Positions 1-11,962 of a DNA stretch of 64,000 nt are shown in pieces (within the stretch, counting starts at the first letter, position 1; every line of letters starts with the position of its first letter). The notes beneath the pieces are model-generated. The model was given only the letters and a program-made list of their open reading frames with translations, made no database searches and was not told the origin of the DNA. The translations under genes were made by a program, and so were the position numbers. Origin of the DNA: an uncultured Alphaproteobacteria bacterium (GTDB taxonomy: Bacteria; Pseudomonadota; Alphaproteobacteria; Rs-D84); contig CAKQSE010000004.1 in assembly GCA_934272785.1 (NCBI GenBank), positions 10,634-74,633 of the forward strand, written 5' to 3'.

Positions 1-58
1 ACTGGGCGACCATCTTTTCACGTTTTTTCTGTTTATTTATCAACGCTAATTTAGCCAT
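1..58 (-). CDS. rpsN: 30S ribosomal protein S14, N-terminal fragment (gene runs off the window start)
   Basis: Reverse complement starts with ATG at 58 and reads MAKLALINKQKKREKMVAQ, an S14-like N-terminus. It lies directly downstream of rplE, as in the spc operon. Confidence 0.6.
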   Translation of the reverse strand, partial: MAKLALINKQKKREKMVAQ

Positions 59-76
59 GTTTATACCCTTTTATAA

Positions 77-622
77 TTATTTCAAAACCAACGGCAAGCC
101 GATTTTCGTCAGCAACGCACGTGCTTCGTCGTCAGTTTTCGCTGTTGTCGCGATGACGATGTCCATTCCGCGAATTGCGTCAATCTTGTCCACAGAGATT
201 TCCGGGAAAATCAAGTGTTCTTTGATACCGAACGCATAGTTGCCACGACCATCAAATTTAGATTTTGACAAACCACGAAAGTCCTTGACACGCGGCAATG
301 CAACCGTAATCAGTTTATCCAAGAAATCGTACATTCTTTTACCACGCAGTGTGACCTTGGTCCCAATAGGCTGGCCTTCGCGCAGACGATACGTCGCGAT
401 AGATTTTTTTGCATGTGTGATAACAGATTTCTGGGCTGCAATCGCGGTCAAATCTGCCGCGGCAGAATCCAATTTCTTTTTATCGCTGACTGCTTCGCCA
501 ACACCCATGTTCAAAACGATTTTGGACAATTTTGGCACTGCGAACGCATTTGTGTATCCGAATTCTTTAACCAATTCAGGTACAATTTCTTTTTCATAAA
601 TTTCACGCAATCTGCTTTGCAT
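77..622 (-). CDS. rplE: 50S ribosomal protein L5
   Basis: 181-aa ORF ([17 protein letters not shown]...[16 protein letters not shown]) is recognisably L5. Position in the spc operon fits. Confidence 0.95.
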   Translation of the reverse strand: MQSRLREIYEKEIVPELVKEFGYTNAFAVPKLSKIVLNMGVGEAVSDKKKLDSAAADLTAIAAQKSVITHAKKSIATYRLREGQPIGTKVTLRGKRMYDFLDKLITVALPRVKDFRGLSKSKFDGRGNYAFGIKEHLIFPEISVDKIDAIRGMDIVIATTAKTDDEARALLTKIGLPLVLK

Positions 623-673
623 TTTTTTTATCCTTACACTTTACGTTCCCGTAACAGCGGGAACCGATTATTC

Positions 674-976
674 TTATAATTCTGTGCCAGACTTCTTAGC
701 AACACGAACTTTTTTGTCGCCAGACATTTTGTATCCGACGCGGGTTGCTTTTTTCGTCTTTGGGTCAACCAACGCAACGTTGGAAACATGAACCGGTGCT
801 TCGCGATCAACGATGTGACCCGGCTGGTCCTGGGTTGGTTTGACATGCCATTTGTGGCGGTTGACACCTTCGACCACAACGCGGGATTCTGTTGGGCGCG
901 CTTCCAGCACTTTGCCTTTGACACCCTTGTACTTTCCCGAAATAACTACGACTTCGTCGCCTTTTTTGATTTTCAT
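674..976 (-). CDS. rplX: 50S ribosomal protein L24
   Basis: 100 aa with the KOW motif [22 protein letters not shown]. Lies between rplN and rplE. Confidence 0.95.
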   Translation of the reverse strand: MKIKKGDEVVVISGKYKGVKGKVLEARPTESRVVVEGVNRHKWHVKPTQDQPGHIVDREAPVHVSNVALVDPKTKKATRVGYKMSGDKKVRVAKKSGTEL

Positions 977-998
977 CTTTATAACCCTTTATTTCAGA

Positions 999-1373
999 CT
1001 ATATAACTTCCGGTGCCAGAGATACGATTTTCTGAACATCGTATTTGCGGCGAACTTCACGTGCAATTGGCCCAAAGATACGTGTGCCAATCGGTTCAAA
1101 ATTGTTTTTGTTTATCAAAACAACCGCGTTATCGTCAAAGCGGATAATGGATCCGTCCGGACGTTTTACCGGGAATTTTGTGCGAACGATGATTGCACGC
1201 TGCACGGTACCTTTCTGGACCTTGCCACGTGGAATCGCTTCTTTGATGGCGACGACAATTTTATCGCCAACTGTCGCATAGCGACGGTGTGAACCGCCCA
1301 AAACCTTGATGCACATTGCTTTACGCGCACCAGAGTTATCAGCGACTGTCATAACTGTTTCATTCTGAATCAT
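999..1373 (-). CDS. rplN: 50S ribosomal protein L14
   Basis: ORF 999..1442 trimmed to the internal ATG at 1373, giving [18 protein letters not shown], the canonical L14 N-terminus and length (124 aa). Confidence 0.93.
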   Translation of the reverse strand: MIQNETVMTVADNSGARKAMCIKVLGGSHRRYATVGDKIVVAIKEAIPRGKVQKGTVQRAIIVRTKFPVKRPDGSIIRFDDNAVVLINKNNFEPIGTRIFGPIAREVRRKYDVQKIVSLAPEVI

Positions 1374-1487
1374 AACTTTTTTCCTTGTCCTGCGCGCGGG
1401 GCAATCCCCCGCCGCTTTGTTATAGGGCCCGACTGTCCGCATGTTGCGTGCGCAACACCGACCTCAAAGACCCTGTCCAGGCCAGTC

Positions 1488-1757
1488 TTAGTCTGCGACC
1501 TCGACTGATTCGTCCTTGGAAACGCCAACGCGTCCCTTGACCACCCAAGATTTTGTCTTGGAGATTGGACGATGTTCTTCGATTGCAACGATGTCACCAA
1601 CCTTGTATTCGTTGTTTTCATCGTGCGCCTTATACTTTTTGTTCTGCTTTACGAACTTGCCATACAGCGGGTGACGGAAACGACGTTCCACTTCGACGAC
1701 GACAGTTTTGTCGTTCGCTGTACTTTTAACTGTTCCCTGCAGTATACGTCTTGGCAT
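1488..1757 (-). CDS. rpsQ: 30S ribosomal protein S17
   Basis: 89 aa. [27 protein letters not shown] is typical of S17. Confidence 0.93.
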   Translation of the reverse strand: MPRRILQGTVKSTANDKTVVVEVERRFRHPLYGKFVKQNKKYKAHDENNEYKVGDIVAIEEHRPISKTKSWVVKGRVGVSKDESVEVAD

Positions 1758-1911
1758 AACTTGTGTCCTTATACATTTGCCAGTGCTTGTTTTGCGGCAT
1801 TTATTTTACACTAAAACGCGCAAAACAGCAACTGATTCCTTGGGTTTATCTTACCGATTTCGGTGTATGATAACTAATTTTTTAGAAATCTCAACAAAAA
1901 TCGACAATTTT

Positions 1912-2106
1912 TTATTTTTTGTCCGCATTCAACTTGGTCTTGACACGCGCGATTTCACGACGGGTCTGACGAATGACATGCGATTTTGGCAACTGACCCG
2001 CCGCGTGTTGGAAACGCTGGTTCATTTGCTCTTTCTTTAAATCAGCCAGTTTGCTCTGCAAAGCTTCGACTGTCAAAGATTCTTTTGCAACTTTCTTTTC
2101 TGCCAT
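1912..2106 (-). CDS. rpmC: 50S ribosomal protein L29
   Basis: 64-aa helical Lys-rich protein sitting between rplP and rpsQ. Confidence 0.85.
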   Translation of the reverse strand: MAEKKVAKESLTVEALQSKLADLKKEQMNQRFQHAAGQLPKSHVIRQTRREIARVKTKLNADKK

Positions 2107-2129
2107 TTTATAAACCTTTTCTGTTTAAA

Positions 2130-2543
2130 TTAGTTAGCTTTGCGTTCAACAATTTTGGTTTTTACCGGCAACTTTGCCGCGGCCAGTGCAAACGCCTCGT
2201 ATGCGATTTCAGGTTTAACACCGTCAATTTCGAACATGATACGACCTGGTTTTACACGGCAAATCCAGTATTCAACCGCACCCTTACCTTTACCCATACG
2301 GACTTCGGCTGGTTTCTTGGTCACTGGAACATCAGGGAAAATACGAATCCACAATTTACCCATACGTTTCATATGACGTGTGATTGCGCGACGTGCCGCT
2401 TCGATTTGACGCGCGGTCACGCGTTCTGGTGTCATGGCTTTCAGTCCAAACGAACCAAATGCCAGTTCGCTGCCGCCTTTGGCGACGCCGTGAATACGGC
2501 CTTTGTGCTGTTTGCGAAACTTTGTTTTATTTGGCATCAACAT
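2130..2543 (-). CDS. rplP: 50S ribosomal protein L16
   Basis: 137 aa with the N-terminus [16 protein letters not shown]. Confidence 0.95.
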   Translation of the reverse strand: MLMPNKTKFRKQHKGRIHGVAKGGSELAFGSFGLKAMTPERVTARQIEAARRAITRHMKRMGKLWIRIFPDVPVTKKPAEVRMGKGKGAVEYWICRVKPGRIMFEIDGVKPEIAYEAFALAAAKLPVKTKIVERKAN

Positions 2544-2610
2544 AATAAACTACCTTTTATTGCTTTGCTAATTTTTGGTTTCCCCGGCACCATATAGATG
2601 CCGGCAAAAA

Positions 2611-3312
2611 TTACTTGTTTCTCTTTTCGCTGCTGCCGGCATATTCAGTTGGGCGTGCCATTTCAGAAGCCAGCTTTTCCTTGTTCACAACGTCACCTGT
2701 GTAAATCCAAACCTTTACACCGATAACGCCATAGGTTGTTTTCGCCTGAATTGACGCATAGTCAATGTCAGCACGCAATGTATGCAAAGGAATACGACCT
2801 TCGCGGATTTGTTCGCTGCGGGCAATTTCTGCACCGTTCAGACGACCACTGCACATCACTTTGATACCCTGGGCACCTGCTTTCTGTGCATTTTGAACCG
2901 CCTTTTTCATTGCACGTTTGAACGAAACACGGCCTTCAATCTGCTGGGCAATGTTCTGTGCAACCAACTGGGCGTTCAAATCTGGGCGGCGAACTTCATA
3001 GATGTTCACAACGACCTGGTCATTTTTAACCAATTTTTTGATATCGTTACGCAGTGCTTCGATGTCGGCACCATTTTTACCGATAATCATACCCGGACGT
3101 GATGTGTGAATTGTCACGACAACTTTCTTAGCAAAGCGTTCAATAACAACCTTGGCCAGACCGGCTTTCTTTAATTTCTTTTCGATAAATTTGCGAATTT
3201 TGATATCTTCGGCCAACAGGTTCGCATAGTCCTTTTTGCCCGCTATCCAACGCGAATCAGTAATTTTATTGATAAATTCGCGCAATGAGATTGGTGATAC
3301 TTTCTGTCCCAT
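2611..3312 (-). CDS. rpsC: 30S ribosomal protein S3
   Basis: 233 aa, [11 protein letters not shown]... with KH and S3-C regions. Confidence 0.95.
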   Translation of the reverse strand: MGQKVSPISLREFINKITDSRWIAGKKDYANLLAEDIKIRKFIEKKLKKAGLAKVVIERFAKKVVVTIHTSRPGMIIGKNGADIEALRNDIKKLVKNDQVVVNIYEVRRPDLNAQLVAQNIAQQIEGRVSFKRAMKKAVQNAQKAGAQGIKVMCSGRLNGAEIARSEQIREGRIPLHTLRADIDYASIQAKTTYGVIGVKVWIYTGDVVNKEKLASEMARPTEYAGSSEKRNK

Positions 3313-3400
3313 CTTACTTTTTCCTTACGTTTATGGCACATGTTCTTGAAACCATATAGATTTTATTCAGGGCTGCCCCATACCACGTGCCACGGTTTTA

Positions 3401-3811
3401 CTATTTTGCCTTTTTCGCAGTTTTTTCTGCTGTTTTCTTTGTTGGCGCCGCGCCAGATTCCAAAACGATTGTCAAATTAGAAAATGGTTTCAAAATTGGA
3501 CGTGCACTGCCGCGTGGACCGGCCATGATGCGTTTCATTGTCAACGCCTTGCCACACCAAATTTCTTTGACAAACAGTGTGTCTGCCGACAGATTTTTGT
3601 TGTGTTCTGCGTTTGCAATTGCGGACATCAAAGTCTTCAAGACTTCGCCAGATACGCGTTTTTTAGAAAATTTCAAGACATCAATTGCGCGATCGACCGG
3701 CAAACCGCGGACGGTGTCGCAAACCAGATTCAATTTCTGGTGGCTGACGCGAATCATTTTATTGAACGCGCGAACCTGATTATCTTTGATTCCATATCTT
3801 GTCGTTGTCAT
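3401..3811 (-). CDS. rplV: 50S ribosomal protein L22 (with Lys/Ala-rich C-terminal tail)
   Basis: 136 aa with the L22 core VRGLPVDRAIDVLKFSKKR. Operon position fits. Confidence 0.9.
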   Translation of the reverse strand: MTTTRYGIKDNQVRAFNKMIRVSHQKLNLVCDTVRGLPVDRAIDVLKFSKKRVSGEVLKTLMSAIANAEHNKNLSADTLFVKEIWCGKALTMKRIMAGPRGSARPILKPFSNLTIVLESGAAPTKKTAEKTAKKAK

Positions 3812-3853
3812 AACTACTTACCTTATATTCTTGCAGATTCCATATAGAAATCA

Positions 3854-4138
3854 TTATTTCTTGGCAGCGGCCTTTTTATTCGCCGCGTGACCCTTGAACG
3901 TACGTGTCGGCGCAAATTCACCCAATTTGTGTCCAATCATATCTTCGACAATCGACACAGGGATAAATTTGTTACCATTGTGAACTTCAAAAGTCAGCCC
4001 AACCATCGGCGGCACAATTGTGCTGCCACGTGACCAAGTTTTAATTGGTTTACGGTCATCTTTTTCATTCGCCACAGCGGTCTTTTTCAAGACAGATGGG
4101 TGAACATACGGACCTTTCCAAACTGAACGAGACATCAA
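3854..4138 (-). CDS. rpsS: 30S ribosomal protein S19
   Basis: [17 protein letters not shown]...[16 protein letters not shown]. The true start may be the second Met (4135). Confidence 0.95.
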   Translation of the reverse strand: MMSRSVWKGPYVHPSVLKKTAVANEKDDRKPIKTWSRGSTIVPPMVGLTFEVHNGNKFIPVSIVEDMIGHKLGEFAPTRTFKGHAANKKAAAKK

Positions 4139-4189
4139 TTACTCCGTTTTTCTGTATTCCCCTGCACCATATAGATGCAGGGCTATTTA

Positions 4190-5023
4190 TTATTTCTTCT
4201 TTGCCAAATGTCTGCTGCGGATAATCATCTTTGCAGTACGTTTGTTGCTGCGAGTGCGATATCCCTTGGCTGGAATACCAGTACGCGACACAGGTTCGTG
4301 GCCCTTGGAATGACCATTACCACCACCCATCGGGTGATCGTTCGGGTTCATCGCCATACCGCGGACAGATGGGCGGATACCCAACCAACGTGCGCGACCG
4401 GCCTTGCCCAAATTGACATTGCGTTGATCCGGGTTGGAAACGCTGCCAACTGTGGCCATACAATCGGAATGAACCTTGCGCAATTCACCGCTGTTCATTT
4501 TAATCTGTGCATAAACGCCGTCCTTACCCATCAACTGAGCATAGCAACCAGCGCTGCGCGCCAATTGACCGCCAGCACCCGGTTTCAGTTCAACGTTGTG
4601 CACAATCGTTCCGATTGGCATATTCTTTAACGGCATCGCATTACCCGGCTTGATATCTTCACGTGTGCCCGAGATAACAACATCCCCAGCCTTTAAATCA
4701 CGTGGTGCCAAAATGTATGAACGCACGCCATCTTTGTATTCAATCAATGCGATAAACGCAGTGCGGTTCGGGTCGTATTCCAAACGAATAACTGTCGCAG
4801 GAACGCCTGTCTTTTTACGATCAAAGTCAATCAAACGATATTTACGTTTGTGACCACCACCCTGGTGCATAACGGTCACATGACCAAAATTGTTACGACC
4901 ACCCTTGGATTTTAAGCCGACTGTCAATGCCTTTTCCGGCGCGCCGCGATGCAATTCGCTGCGGTCAACCTGGGTCAAGCCACGGGTTCCCGGGGTCATC
5001 GGCTTGTAATGCTTTAATGCCAT
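4190..5023 (-). CDS. rplB: 50S ribosomal protein L2
   Basis: 277 aa with [13 protein letters not shown] and [13 protein letters not shown] motifs. Confidence 0.96.
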   Translation of the reverse strand: MALKHYKPMTPGTRGLTQVDRSELHRGAPEKALTVGLKSKGGRNNFGHVTVMHQGGGHKRKYRLIDFDRKKTGVPATVIRLEYDPNRTAFIALIEYKDGVRSYILAPRDLKAGDVVISGTREDIKPGNAMPLKNMPIGTIVHNVELKPGAGGQLARSAGCYAQLMGKDGVYAQIKMNSGELRKVHSDCMATVGSVSNPDQRNVNLGKAGRARWLGIRPSVRGMAMNPNDHPMGGGNGHSKGHEPVSRTGIPAKGYRTRSNKRTAKMIIRSRHLAKKK

Positions 5024-5098
5024 TTTTTCTTACCTTATGTTTCCTGTCTGGGCACTAACGTCCAGAGATTCCGGATTCTCTGCCCAGACGATTTTTAC

Positions 5099-5425
5099 TT
5101 ATGCGTTTGCCGCCAAATCCAATTTTGCATCGGCTGGCAAAGACACATATGCCTTCTTTACAGTGCGTTGTGTGCCGCTGCTGCGACCACGGAAGGATTT
5201 AACCTTGCCCTTGGCAACAACAATGTTCACCTTGGTCGGTTTTACATTGTAAATCGCCTGAATTGCACGGGCCACATCTTCTTTTGTGGCGTCCGCTGCA
5301 ACTTCGAACGCAATACCATTGCTCTCGGACAACTTTGCAGTCTTTTCCGAGATTATCGGACGACGCAGTATATCATAAATACCGGCGGTCGCAACGATTT
5401 TCTTTTCAACTTTCTTTTCTGCCAT
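5099..5425 (-). CDS. rplW: 50S ribosomal protein L23
   Basis: 108 aa (ILRRPIISEKT...) lying between rplD and rplB. Confidence 0.9.
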   Translation of the reverse strand: MAEKKVEKKIVATAGIYDILRRPIISEKTAKLSESNGIAFEVAADATKEDVARAIQAIYNVKPTKVNIVVAKGKVKSFRGRSSGTQRTVKKAYVSLPADAKLDLAANA

Positions 5426-5442
5426 TTTATTGACCTTTTATT

Positions 5443-6063
5443 TTATGCCAATCTTGCTTCTACCGCTTTGACCGCGTCAGCCGTCAAAACCAATTTTTCA
5501 TGTTTCAAGATATCCAAAACATTCAAACCAATCGTCGGCAACGCATCAACATTCGCGATGTTAGCCGCAGATTTTTTGAAGTTTTCGTCCAACTTGTCCG
5601 CACCAACGAACAGAACTGAATCCAGACCCAGTTTCTTTAACTGTTTCGCAAATGCGCCAGTCTTTGCCGCTGACAACTTTTCAGAATCGATAACGACCAA
5701 GCTGCCGTCTTTTGCCTTGGATGACAATGCCATCTTCAGACCCAAGCTGCGGATTTTCTTTGGCAAATCGATAGAGTGGTCACGGACAACCGGTCCATGA
5801 ACAACGCCACCGCCACGCATGTGAACATTGTATTTTTCACCCTGGCGTGCATTACCAGTTTTCTTCTGTTTGAACGCTTTTTTGCCGCTGCCTTCGACAT
5901 CAGATACGGTCTTTACCGCATGTGTGCCGGCACGGGCGTTCGCGCGCTGCCAGGTAACAACCCGGTGCAGAATGTCTGCGCGTGGGTCCAAACCAAAGAT
6001 GCTGTCGGCCAATTCAACTTTGCCAACCGCTTTGCCATCAAAATTTATAATGTCTATTTGCAT
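5443..6063 (-). CDS. rplD: 50S ribosomal protein L4
   Basis: 206 aa with KQKKTGNARQG...GGGVVHGP motifs. Confidence 0.93.
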   Translation of the reverse strand: MQIDIINFDGKAVGKVELADSIFGLDPRADILHRVVTWQRANARAGTHAVKTVSDVEGSGKKAFKQKKTGNARQGEKYNVHMRGGGVVHGPVVRDHSIDLPKKIRSLGLKMALSSKAKDGSLVVIDSEKLSAAKTGAFAKQLKKLGLDSVLFVGADKLDENFKKSAANIANVDALPTIGLNVLDILKHEKLVLTADAVKAVEARLA

Positions 6064-6096
6064 TTTAATTCACCTTACTTTGCTGTTGACCCATTG

Positions 6097-6807
6097 TTAT
6101 TCTGCAACAGTTTCTGTTTCTGCCGCTGCTTCTGTTACATTTGCAACAGTCGGAACTGGCAAATCTTTCTGTTCTTTCTTTACCGCATCGGTAATCAGAA
6201 CGAATGTGCCGTTCGCACCCGGAACCGCGCCTTCGACGAAAATCAGATTTTCAGTCGCGTCTGTTCCGAAAACTTTCAGATTCTGGACAGTAACTGTTTC
6301 ATTACCCATCTGACCGGCCATCTTTTTACCTTTCAGAACGCGGCCTGGCCATTCACGCATACCAGTACCACCCAATGAACGATGCGCCTTTAAAACACCG
6401 TGGGTTGCTTCCTTACCACCAAAATTGTGGCGTTTCATTGCACCCTGAAAGCCTTTACCTTTGCTTGTCGCTTGGACATCGACAAATTGACCGGCAACAA
6501 AATGAGACGCAGACAAAACTGTCCCCGCTGGGATAACACAGTCATCCGATACGCGGAATTCGACAACCTTGCGATACGGCTTTACCCCTGCCTTTTCTGC
6601 TGCAATTGCCTGGGGTTTGGCAACATGCTTTGCCTTGGCTTCGCGCATACCCAAAATATTCGCGACATAGCCGTTCTTTTCTTGCGTGCGATTTCCAATG
6701 ACAGCACAATCACCCACAGACAAAACCGTTACTGGGTGGGCTGCGCCGGCATCATCATACAGACGCGTCATTCCTATTTTTGTTGTAATCAATCCGCTAC
6801 GTTTCAT
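6097..6807 (-). CDS. rplC: 50S ribosomal protein L3
   Basis: 236 aa with GLITTKIGMTRLYD and SKGKGFQGAMKRHNFGG. Confidence 0.95.
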   Translation of the reverse strand: MKRSGLITTKIGMTRLYDDAGAAHPVTVLSVGDCAVIGNRTQEKNGYVANILGMREAKAKHVAKPQAIAAEKAGVKPYRKVVEFRVSDDCVIPAGTVLSASHFVAGQFVDVQATSKGKGFQGAMKRHNFGGKEATHGVLKAHRSLGGTGMREWPGRVLKGKKMAGQMGNETVTVQNLKVFGTDATENLIFVEGAVPGANGTFVLITDAVKKEQKDLPVPTVANVTEAAAETETVAE

Positions 6808-6886
6808 TTTTTATGCCTTTTATTCTGTCAGTAGGTCGGCTGCCCTCGTTCAGAATCCGGGGACCGACGCTAACAACGTTTCAATT

Positions 6887-7198
6887 TTACAATTTAATTT
6901 TTACATCAACACCAGATGCCAAATCCAACTTCATCAAGGCATCAACTGTCTGAGGGGTTGGATTCACAATATCTACGACCGCCTTGTGATTGCGGATTTC
7001 GAACTGTTCGCGTGATTTTTTATCAACGTGTGGCGAACGGTTGACTGTAAATTTCTGAACCAATGTCGGCAAGCGAACGGGTCCAACGACATCTGCGCCT
7101 GTGCGCTTTGCTGTTTTGACGATTTCATCAACAGATTCCATCAATACGCGATGGTCAAATGCTGTCAATTTGATTCGAATTTTAGATGCAGGTACCAT
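6887..7198 (-). CDS. rpsJ: 30S ribosomal protein S10
   Basis: ORF 6887..7237 trimmed to Met14 (7198), giving 103 aa. [22 protein letters not shown] is typical of S10. Confidence 0.92.
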   Translation of the reverse strand: MVPASKIRIKLTAFDHRVLMESVDEIVKTAKRTGADVVGPVRLPTLVQKFTVNRSPHVDKKSREQFEIRNHKAVVDIVNPTPQTVDALMKLDLASGVDVKIKL

Positions 7199-7279
7199 TT
7201 GTTCGTTTTCCTTATGTTTAGCCGGGCCGGTAATCACTGGCGTTATTTTATCCAGTTACACCGACCCGCGACCTGTTAC

Positions 7280-8467
7280 TTATTTAACAATTTTAGATAC
7301 AACACCAGCGCCAACTGTGCGTCCGCCTTCACGGATAGCAAAGCGACGGCCTTCGCTCATAGCAATAGGTGCAATCAATTGCACAGAGATACGAACGTTA
7401 TCGCCTGGCAGAACCATTTCTTTGTCTGCTGGCAATGTGATTGTACCAGTTACGTCTGTTGTGCTGAAGTAGAACTGAGGACGATAGTTGCTGAAGAACG
7501 CTGTGTGACGTCCACCTTCTTCTTTCGTCAAGATATAAACTTCGGCTTCAAATTCTGTGTGTGGTGTGATGGAACCTGGTTTGCAGATAATCTGGCCACG
7601 TTCAACATCTTCCTTCTTGGTTCCACGCAACAGCAAACCAACGTTATCACCGGCTTCACCCTGATCCAACATCTTGCGGAACATTTCTACGCCAGTAACT
7701 GTTGTTTTCTGTGTCGGGCGCAAACCAACGATTTCGCATTCGTCACCAACCTTGACAGTGCCGGATTCGATACGGCCTGTAACAACGGTACCACGACCTG
7801 TGATCGAGAATACGTCTTCGATTGGCATCAAGAACGGCTTATCAACTGGACGTTCTGGCAGTGGGATGTATTCATCCAACGCCTTTAACAACGCGTCGAT
7901 AGATTCTTTGCCCAAACCGTCGTTTTTGCCTTCCAATGCGGAAACAGCAGAACCACGGATGATTGGTGCATTGTCACCGTCGAAATCATTTGCGGACAAC
8001 AGTTCGCGGATTTCCATTTCGACCAATTCCAACAATTCAGGATCGTTCGCCAAATCGCATTTGTTCAAATAAACAACGATTTTTGGAATACCAACCTGAC
8101 GCGCCAACAAGATGTGTTCACGTGTCTGAGGCATTGGACCATCAGTTGCAGCAACAACCAAGATAGCACCGTCCATCTGGGCCGCACCGGTAATCATGTT
8201 TTTAACATAGTCCGCGTGTCCCGGGCAGTCAACGTGCGCATAGTGGCGATGTTCTGTTTCATATTCAACGTGTGCAGTATTGATTGTTATACCACGTGCA
8301 CGTTCTTCTGGTGCGTTATCGATTTTATCAACGCCCTTTTCTTTATCGGCGCCGACACCATAGTAATGAACGATAGCAGCAGTCAATGTTGTTTTACCGT
8401 GGTCAACGTGACCGATAGTACCAACATTCACATGCGGTTTGGTTCTTACGTACTTTTCTTTTGCCAT
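7280..8467 (-). CDS. tuf: elongation factor Tu
   Basis: 395 aa with [22 protein letters not shown] and NKCD GTPase motifs. Confidence 0.98.
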   Translation of the reverse strand: MAKEKYVRTKPHVNVGTIGHVDHGKTTLTAAIVHYYGVGADKEKGVDKIDNAPEERARGITINTAHVEYETEHRHYAHVDCPGHADYVKNMITGAAQMDGAILVVAATDGPMPQTREHILLARQVGIPKIVVYLNKCDLANDPELLELVEMEIRELLSANDFDGDNAPIIRGSAVSALEGKNDGLGKESIDALLKALDEYIPLPERPVDKPFLMPIEDVFSITGRGTVVTGRIESGTVKVGDECEIVGLRPTQKTTVTGVEMFRKMLDQGEAGDNVGLLLRGTKKEDVERGQIICKPGSITPHTEFEAEVYILTKEEGGRHTAFFSNYRPQFYFSTTDVTGTITLPADKEMVLPGDNVRISVQLIAPIAMSEGRRFAIREGGRTVGAGVVSKIVK

Positions 8468-8595
8468 AGTTTTTTCTCCTTAGGCTTTGGCTTGTTAAAA
8501 CGATTTCGAAATTTGATTTCCGATTTTTTGGATTTCAAACCCAATAATAAACCAGAAATCAAAAATCACAATCTTTTTTTTATTATTTTTTTTCT

Positions 8596-10677
8596 TTACT
8601 TCGTCAGCTTTTTGATAACCTCATCTGCGACGTTCTGCGGCACTTCGTCATAGTGCGACAATTCCATATACGGATTTGCACGCCCCTGGGACAAAGAACG
8701 CAAGGTCTTGACATATCCGAACAGATTTGCCAACGGAACATAGGCTGAAATCTGCTGGTTACCAAACTGCGTTTCAATACCATTGATTTGTCCGCGGCGG
8801 CTGTTCAAGTCACCGATAATGTCACCGACGTATTCTTCCGGTGTATTGACCGAAAGCTTCATAATCGGTTCCAGCAACTTTGGCGATGCTTTTTTCATAG
8901 CTTCGCGGAAGCAAGCACGCGCCGCAATTTCAAAGCACAATACATTGGAGTCAACTTCGTGATATTTACCATCAACCAATGTAGCCTTGAAATCCACTGT
9001 CGGATAGCCAATCAGAACACCTGTCTGTTGGGCTATCTTTAAACCCTTTTCAACACCCGGGATGTATTCTTTTGGAATCGCACCACCGACAATCTTGTTT
9101 TCGAATTCGTATCCTTTGCCCGGTTCCAACGGTTCAAATTCAATTTTAACCTGGGCATACTGACCCGAACCACCAGACTGTTTCTTGTGGGTGTATTCTT
9201 CGGTAACCGGTTTGCGGAATGTTTCACGGTATGCAATACGTGGTTCACCAACGTTCACATCAACCTTAAACTCGCGCAACAGACGATCAACCAAAATTTC
9301 CAAGTGCAATTCACCAACACCGGCCAAAATTGTCTGGCCAGATTCTTCGTCAACCGACACGCGGAACGACGGATCTTCCTTGGCCAATGCCTGCAAGCCC
9401 AGGGACATCTTTTCAATGTCAGCCTTGGTCTTAGGCTCAACCGCGATGCTGATAACCGGTTCTGGAACGTGAATATTTTCCAAGATAATCGGATTCGCTT
9501 CGTCGCACAGTGTATCACCAGTAATTGTTTCTTTCATACCAACCAATGTGATAATATCACCAGCCGACGCTTCCTTGATTTCTTCACGCTGGTTCGAATG
9601 CATCAACAACATACGACCAACACGTTCACGTTTATCACGGTTAGAATTGTAGATATAAGAGCCCGATGTCAATTTACCAGAATAGATACGGATGAACATC
9701 AAGTTTCCAACGAACGGGTCATTTGCAACCTTGAACGCCAACGCGGCAAATGGTTCTTTTGGATCTGGGTGACGTTCGGTGACTGTTTCACGGTCCATCT
9801 TGGTTCCCTTGATTGCCGGGACATCCAATGGGCTGGGCAGATAGTCAACGATTGCATCCAACAACGGCTGAACACCCTTGTTCTTGAACGCTGTTCCGCA
9901 CAATACCGGATTAAAGTTCTGGGCGATTGTTCCCTTGCGAATCAACTTTTTGATTGTGGCGACATCTGGTTTGTTGCCTTCCATATAGGCTTCCATAATA
10001 TCATCGTCCAGTGTCACAACTTCTTCAATCAATTTGTTGTGCAATTCTTCGGCTTTTTCGCGCAAATCTTCTGGGATTTCTTTGATGTGCGGGTCCTTGC
10101 CCAAATCATCTTCCCAGACAATAGCACGCATTTCAACGACGTCAACAACGCCACGGAAATCAGATTCTGCGCCGATTGGGAAATTGATGACCAACGGATT
10201 TGCACCCAAACGTTCACGAATCATATCAACACAGCGGAAAAAGTTTCCACCGATACGATCCATTTTATTGATAAAGCAAATACGTGGAACATTGTAACGA
10301 TCCGCCTGACGCCATACAGTTTCTGTCTGGGGCTGAACACCGGACACAGATTCAAACACTGCGACCGCGCCGTCCAAAACGCGCAGCGAACGTTCCACTT
10401 CCATTGTAAAGTCAACGTGTCCCGGGGTATCAATCAAATTGATACGGTGATCACGCCAAAAGCATGTTGTTGCCGCAGACGTAATCGTGATACCACGTTC
10501 TTGTTCCTGTTCCATCCAGTCCATCGTCGCGCCACCATCGTGAACTTCGCCGATTTTATATGTTTTTCCTGTATAGAAAAGAATACGTTCTGATGTTGTT
10601 GTTTTACCCGCGTCAATATGGGCCATAATGCCGATATTGCGGTACATATGTAATGGTGCGGTTTTTCCGACTGACAT
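8596..10677 (-). CDS. fusA: elongation factor G
   Basis: 693 aa with [19 protein letters not shown] and DTPGHVDF. Position in the str operon fits. Confidence 0.98.
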   Translation of the reverse strand: MSVGKTAPLHMYRNIGIMAHIDAGKTTTSERILFYTGKTYKIGEVHDGGATMDWMEQEQERGITITSAATTCFWRDHRINLIDTPGHVDFTMEVERSLRVLDGAVAVFESVSGVQPQTETVWRQADRYNVPRICFINKMDRIGGNFFRCVDMIRERLGANPLVINFPIGAESDFRGVVDVVEMRAIVWEDDLGKDPHIKEIPEDLREKAEELHNKLIEEVVTLDDDIMEAYMEGNKPDVATIKKLIRKGTIAQNFNPVLCGTAFKNKGVQPLLDAIVDYLPSPLDVPAIKGTKMDRETVTERHPDPKEPFAALAFKVANDPFVGNLMFIRIYSGKLTSGSYIYNSNRDKRERVGRMLLMHSNQREEIKEASAGDIITLVGMKETITGDTLCDEANPIILENIHVPEPVISIAVEPKTKADIEKMSLGLQALAKEDPSFRVSVDEESGQTILAGVGELHLEILVDRLLREFKVDVNVGEPRIAYRETFRKPVTEEYTHKKQSGGSGQYAQVKIEFEPLEPGKGYEFENKIVGGAIPKEYIPGVEKGLKIAQQTGVLIGYPTVDFKATLVDGKYHEVDSNVLCFEIAARACFREAMKKASPKLLEPIMKLSVNTPEEYVGDIIGDLNSRRGQINGIETQFGNQQISAYVPLANLFGYVKTLRSLSQGRANPYMELSHYDEVPQNVADEVIKKLTK

Positions 10678-10734
10678 AGATTCTTTCCTTGTTTATTTCT
10701 TGTTTTAACCCAATTTGTTCTTGTGTTGATACAA

Positions 10735-11208
10735 TTACCAACGGAAGTGCGCAAACGCCTTGTTCGCATCTGCCATTTTGTGTGTATCAATCTTTTTCTT
10801 GAACGCGCCACCCTGGCCCGACAATGCATCACGCAATTCACCGAACAGGCGATCTTCCATTGCGCGTTCGCCACGTTTACGTGCGAACATCACCAACCAA
10901 CGCAACGCCAATGTCTGCTGACGTGCCGGACGAACCTCGACCGGGACCTGGTAAGTTGCACCGCCAACACGACGGCCTTTAACCTCAACTGATGGTTTCA
11001 ATGCATCAACCGCTTCCAAAAATGCGGCCAATTCATCGCCGTCTTTTGCAACTTTTTTCAGTTTTTCCAGTGCACCATACACGATGTTTTCGGCAACTTC
11101 CTTTTTGCCATCCCACATAATTACATTGATACATTTTGCAACAACCAGATTGTTATATTTTGAATCTGGCAGAATTTCGCGTTTTGCTGCACTTTTACGT
11201 CTTGACAT
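10735..11208 (-). CDS. rpsG: 30S ribosomal protein S7
   Basis: 157 aa: [18 protein letters not shown]...[10 protein letters not shown]. Confidence 0.96.
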   Translation of the reverse strand: MSRRKSAAKREILPDSKYNNLVVAKCINVIMWDGKKEVAENIVYGALEKLKKVAKDGDELAAFLEAVDALKPSVEVKGRRVGGATYQVPVEVRPARQQTLALRWLVMFARKRGERAMEDRLFGELRDALSGQGGAFKKKIDTHKMADANKAFAHFRW

Positions 11209-11290
11209 TTTTGCTTTTCCTTTTATTTCTTCATCTGTTTTTGTTCAGATTACTCACATGACCGCGTCATGTGCATGGGTTATCTTATAA

Positions 11291-11662
11291 TTATTTGCCG
11301 GCCTTGGCACCATACAGGGAACGGCCCTGCTTTCTGCTGTCAACGCCCTTGGTATCCAAAACACCACGGATAATGTGATATTTAACACCAGGCAAGTCCT
11401 TTACACGACCGCCACGAATCATAACGACGCTGTGTTCCTGCAGGTTGTGACCTTCGCCAGGAATATATGCGGTGACTTCGCGACCATTGGCCAGTTTAAC
11501 ACGTGCAACCTTACGCTGCGCCGAGTTAGGTTTCTTTGGTGTGGTTGTGTACACACGTGTGCAAACACCACGCTTTTGTGGGGCCTCCATCATGTCAGGT
11601 GCTGTGGATTTCACAACAACCTTTTTGCGAGGTTTCCGAATCAGTTGATTTACTGTTGGCAT
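11291..11662 (-). CDS. rpsL: 30S ribosomal protein S12
   Basis: 123 aa: [12 protein letters not shown]...[14 protein letters not shown]. Confidence 0.97.
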   Translation of the reverse strand: MPTVNQLIRKPRKKVVVKSTAPDMMEAPQKRGVCTRVYTTTPKKPNSAQRKVARVKLANGREVTAYIPGEGHNLQEHSVVMIRGGRVKDLPGVKYHIIRGVLDTKGVDSRKQGRSLYGAKAGK

Positions 11663-11810
11663 TCAAAATCTCTTTGTTTGTTCTTCTTTTTTTGCTTGCA
11701 CAAAAACTGCCCCACAGATTTATCTCAACGGGATGTCCGCGATTATAAACCTGTCAAACGTGCAGATTTCTGTGTTTTCCACTTTCCTTGTTTACACGGA
11801 AAGCGAACAT

Positions 11811-11839
11811 ACTATAATCACACAGCCCAACATTGTCAA
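11811..11839 (-). promoter_or_regulatory. candidate sigma70-type promoter of the rpsL-rpsG-fusA-tuf operon
   Basis: On the minus strand: TTGACA (11839-11834), 17-nt spacer, TATAGT (11816-11811), about 150 nt upstream of the rpsL ATG. Confidence 0.4.
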
Positions 11840-11962
11840 GGATTTTTATAACACGCGCATTGAAAAACCGCCTGTTTTTAAGGGTTATTCGCCGCCACAC
11901 AAATGACAAACAATTTATTTGTGTAAAAACAAAACTGGACAAATAAAAAATACAGAAAACAA

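Noticed and set aside
9187-10593. 468-aa plus-strand ORF antisense to fusA (similarly 7028..7888 antisense to tuf, and 25933..26697 antisense to lepA)
   Set aside because: The opposite strand encodes unmistakable EF-G, EF-Tu and LepA. The antisense translations are low-complexity (Phe/Asn/Cys/His-rich) with no recognisable motifs. Such long shadow ORFs are typical opposite highly expressed genes.
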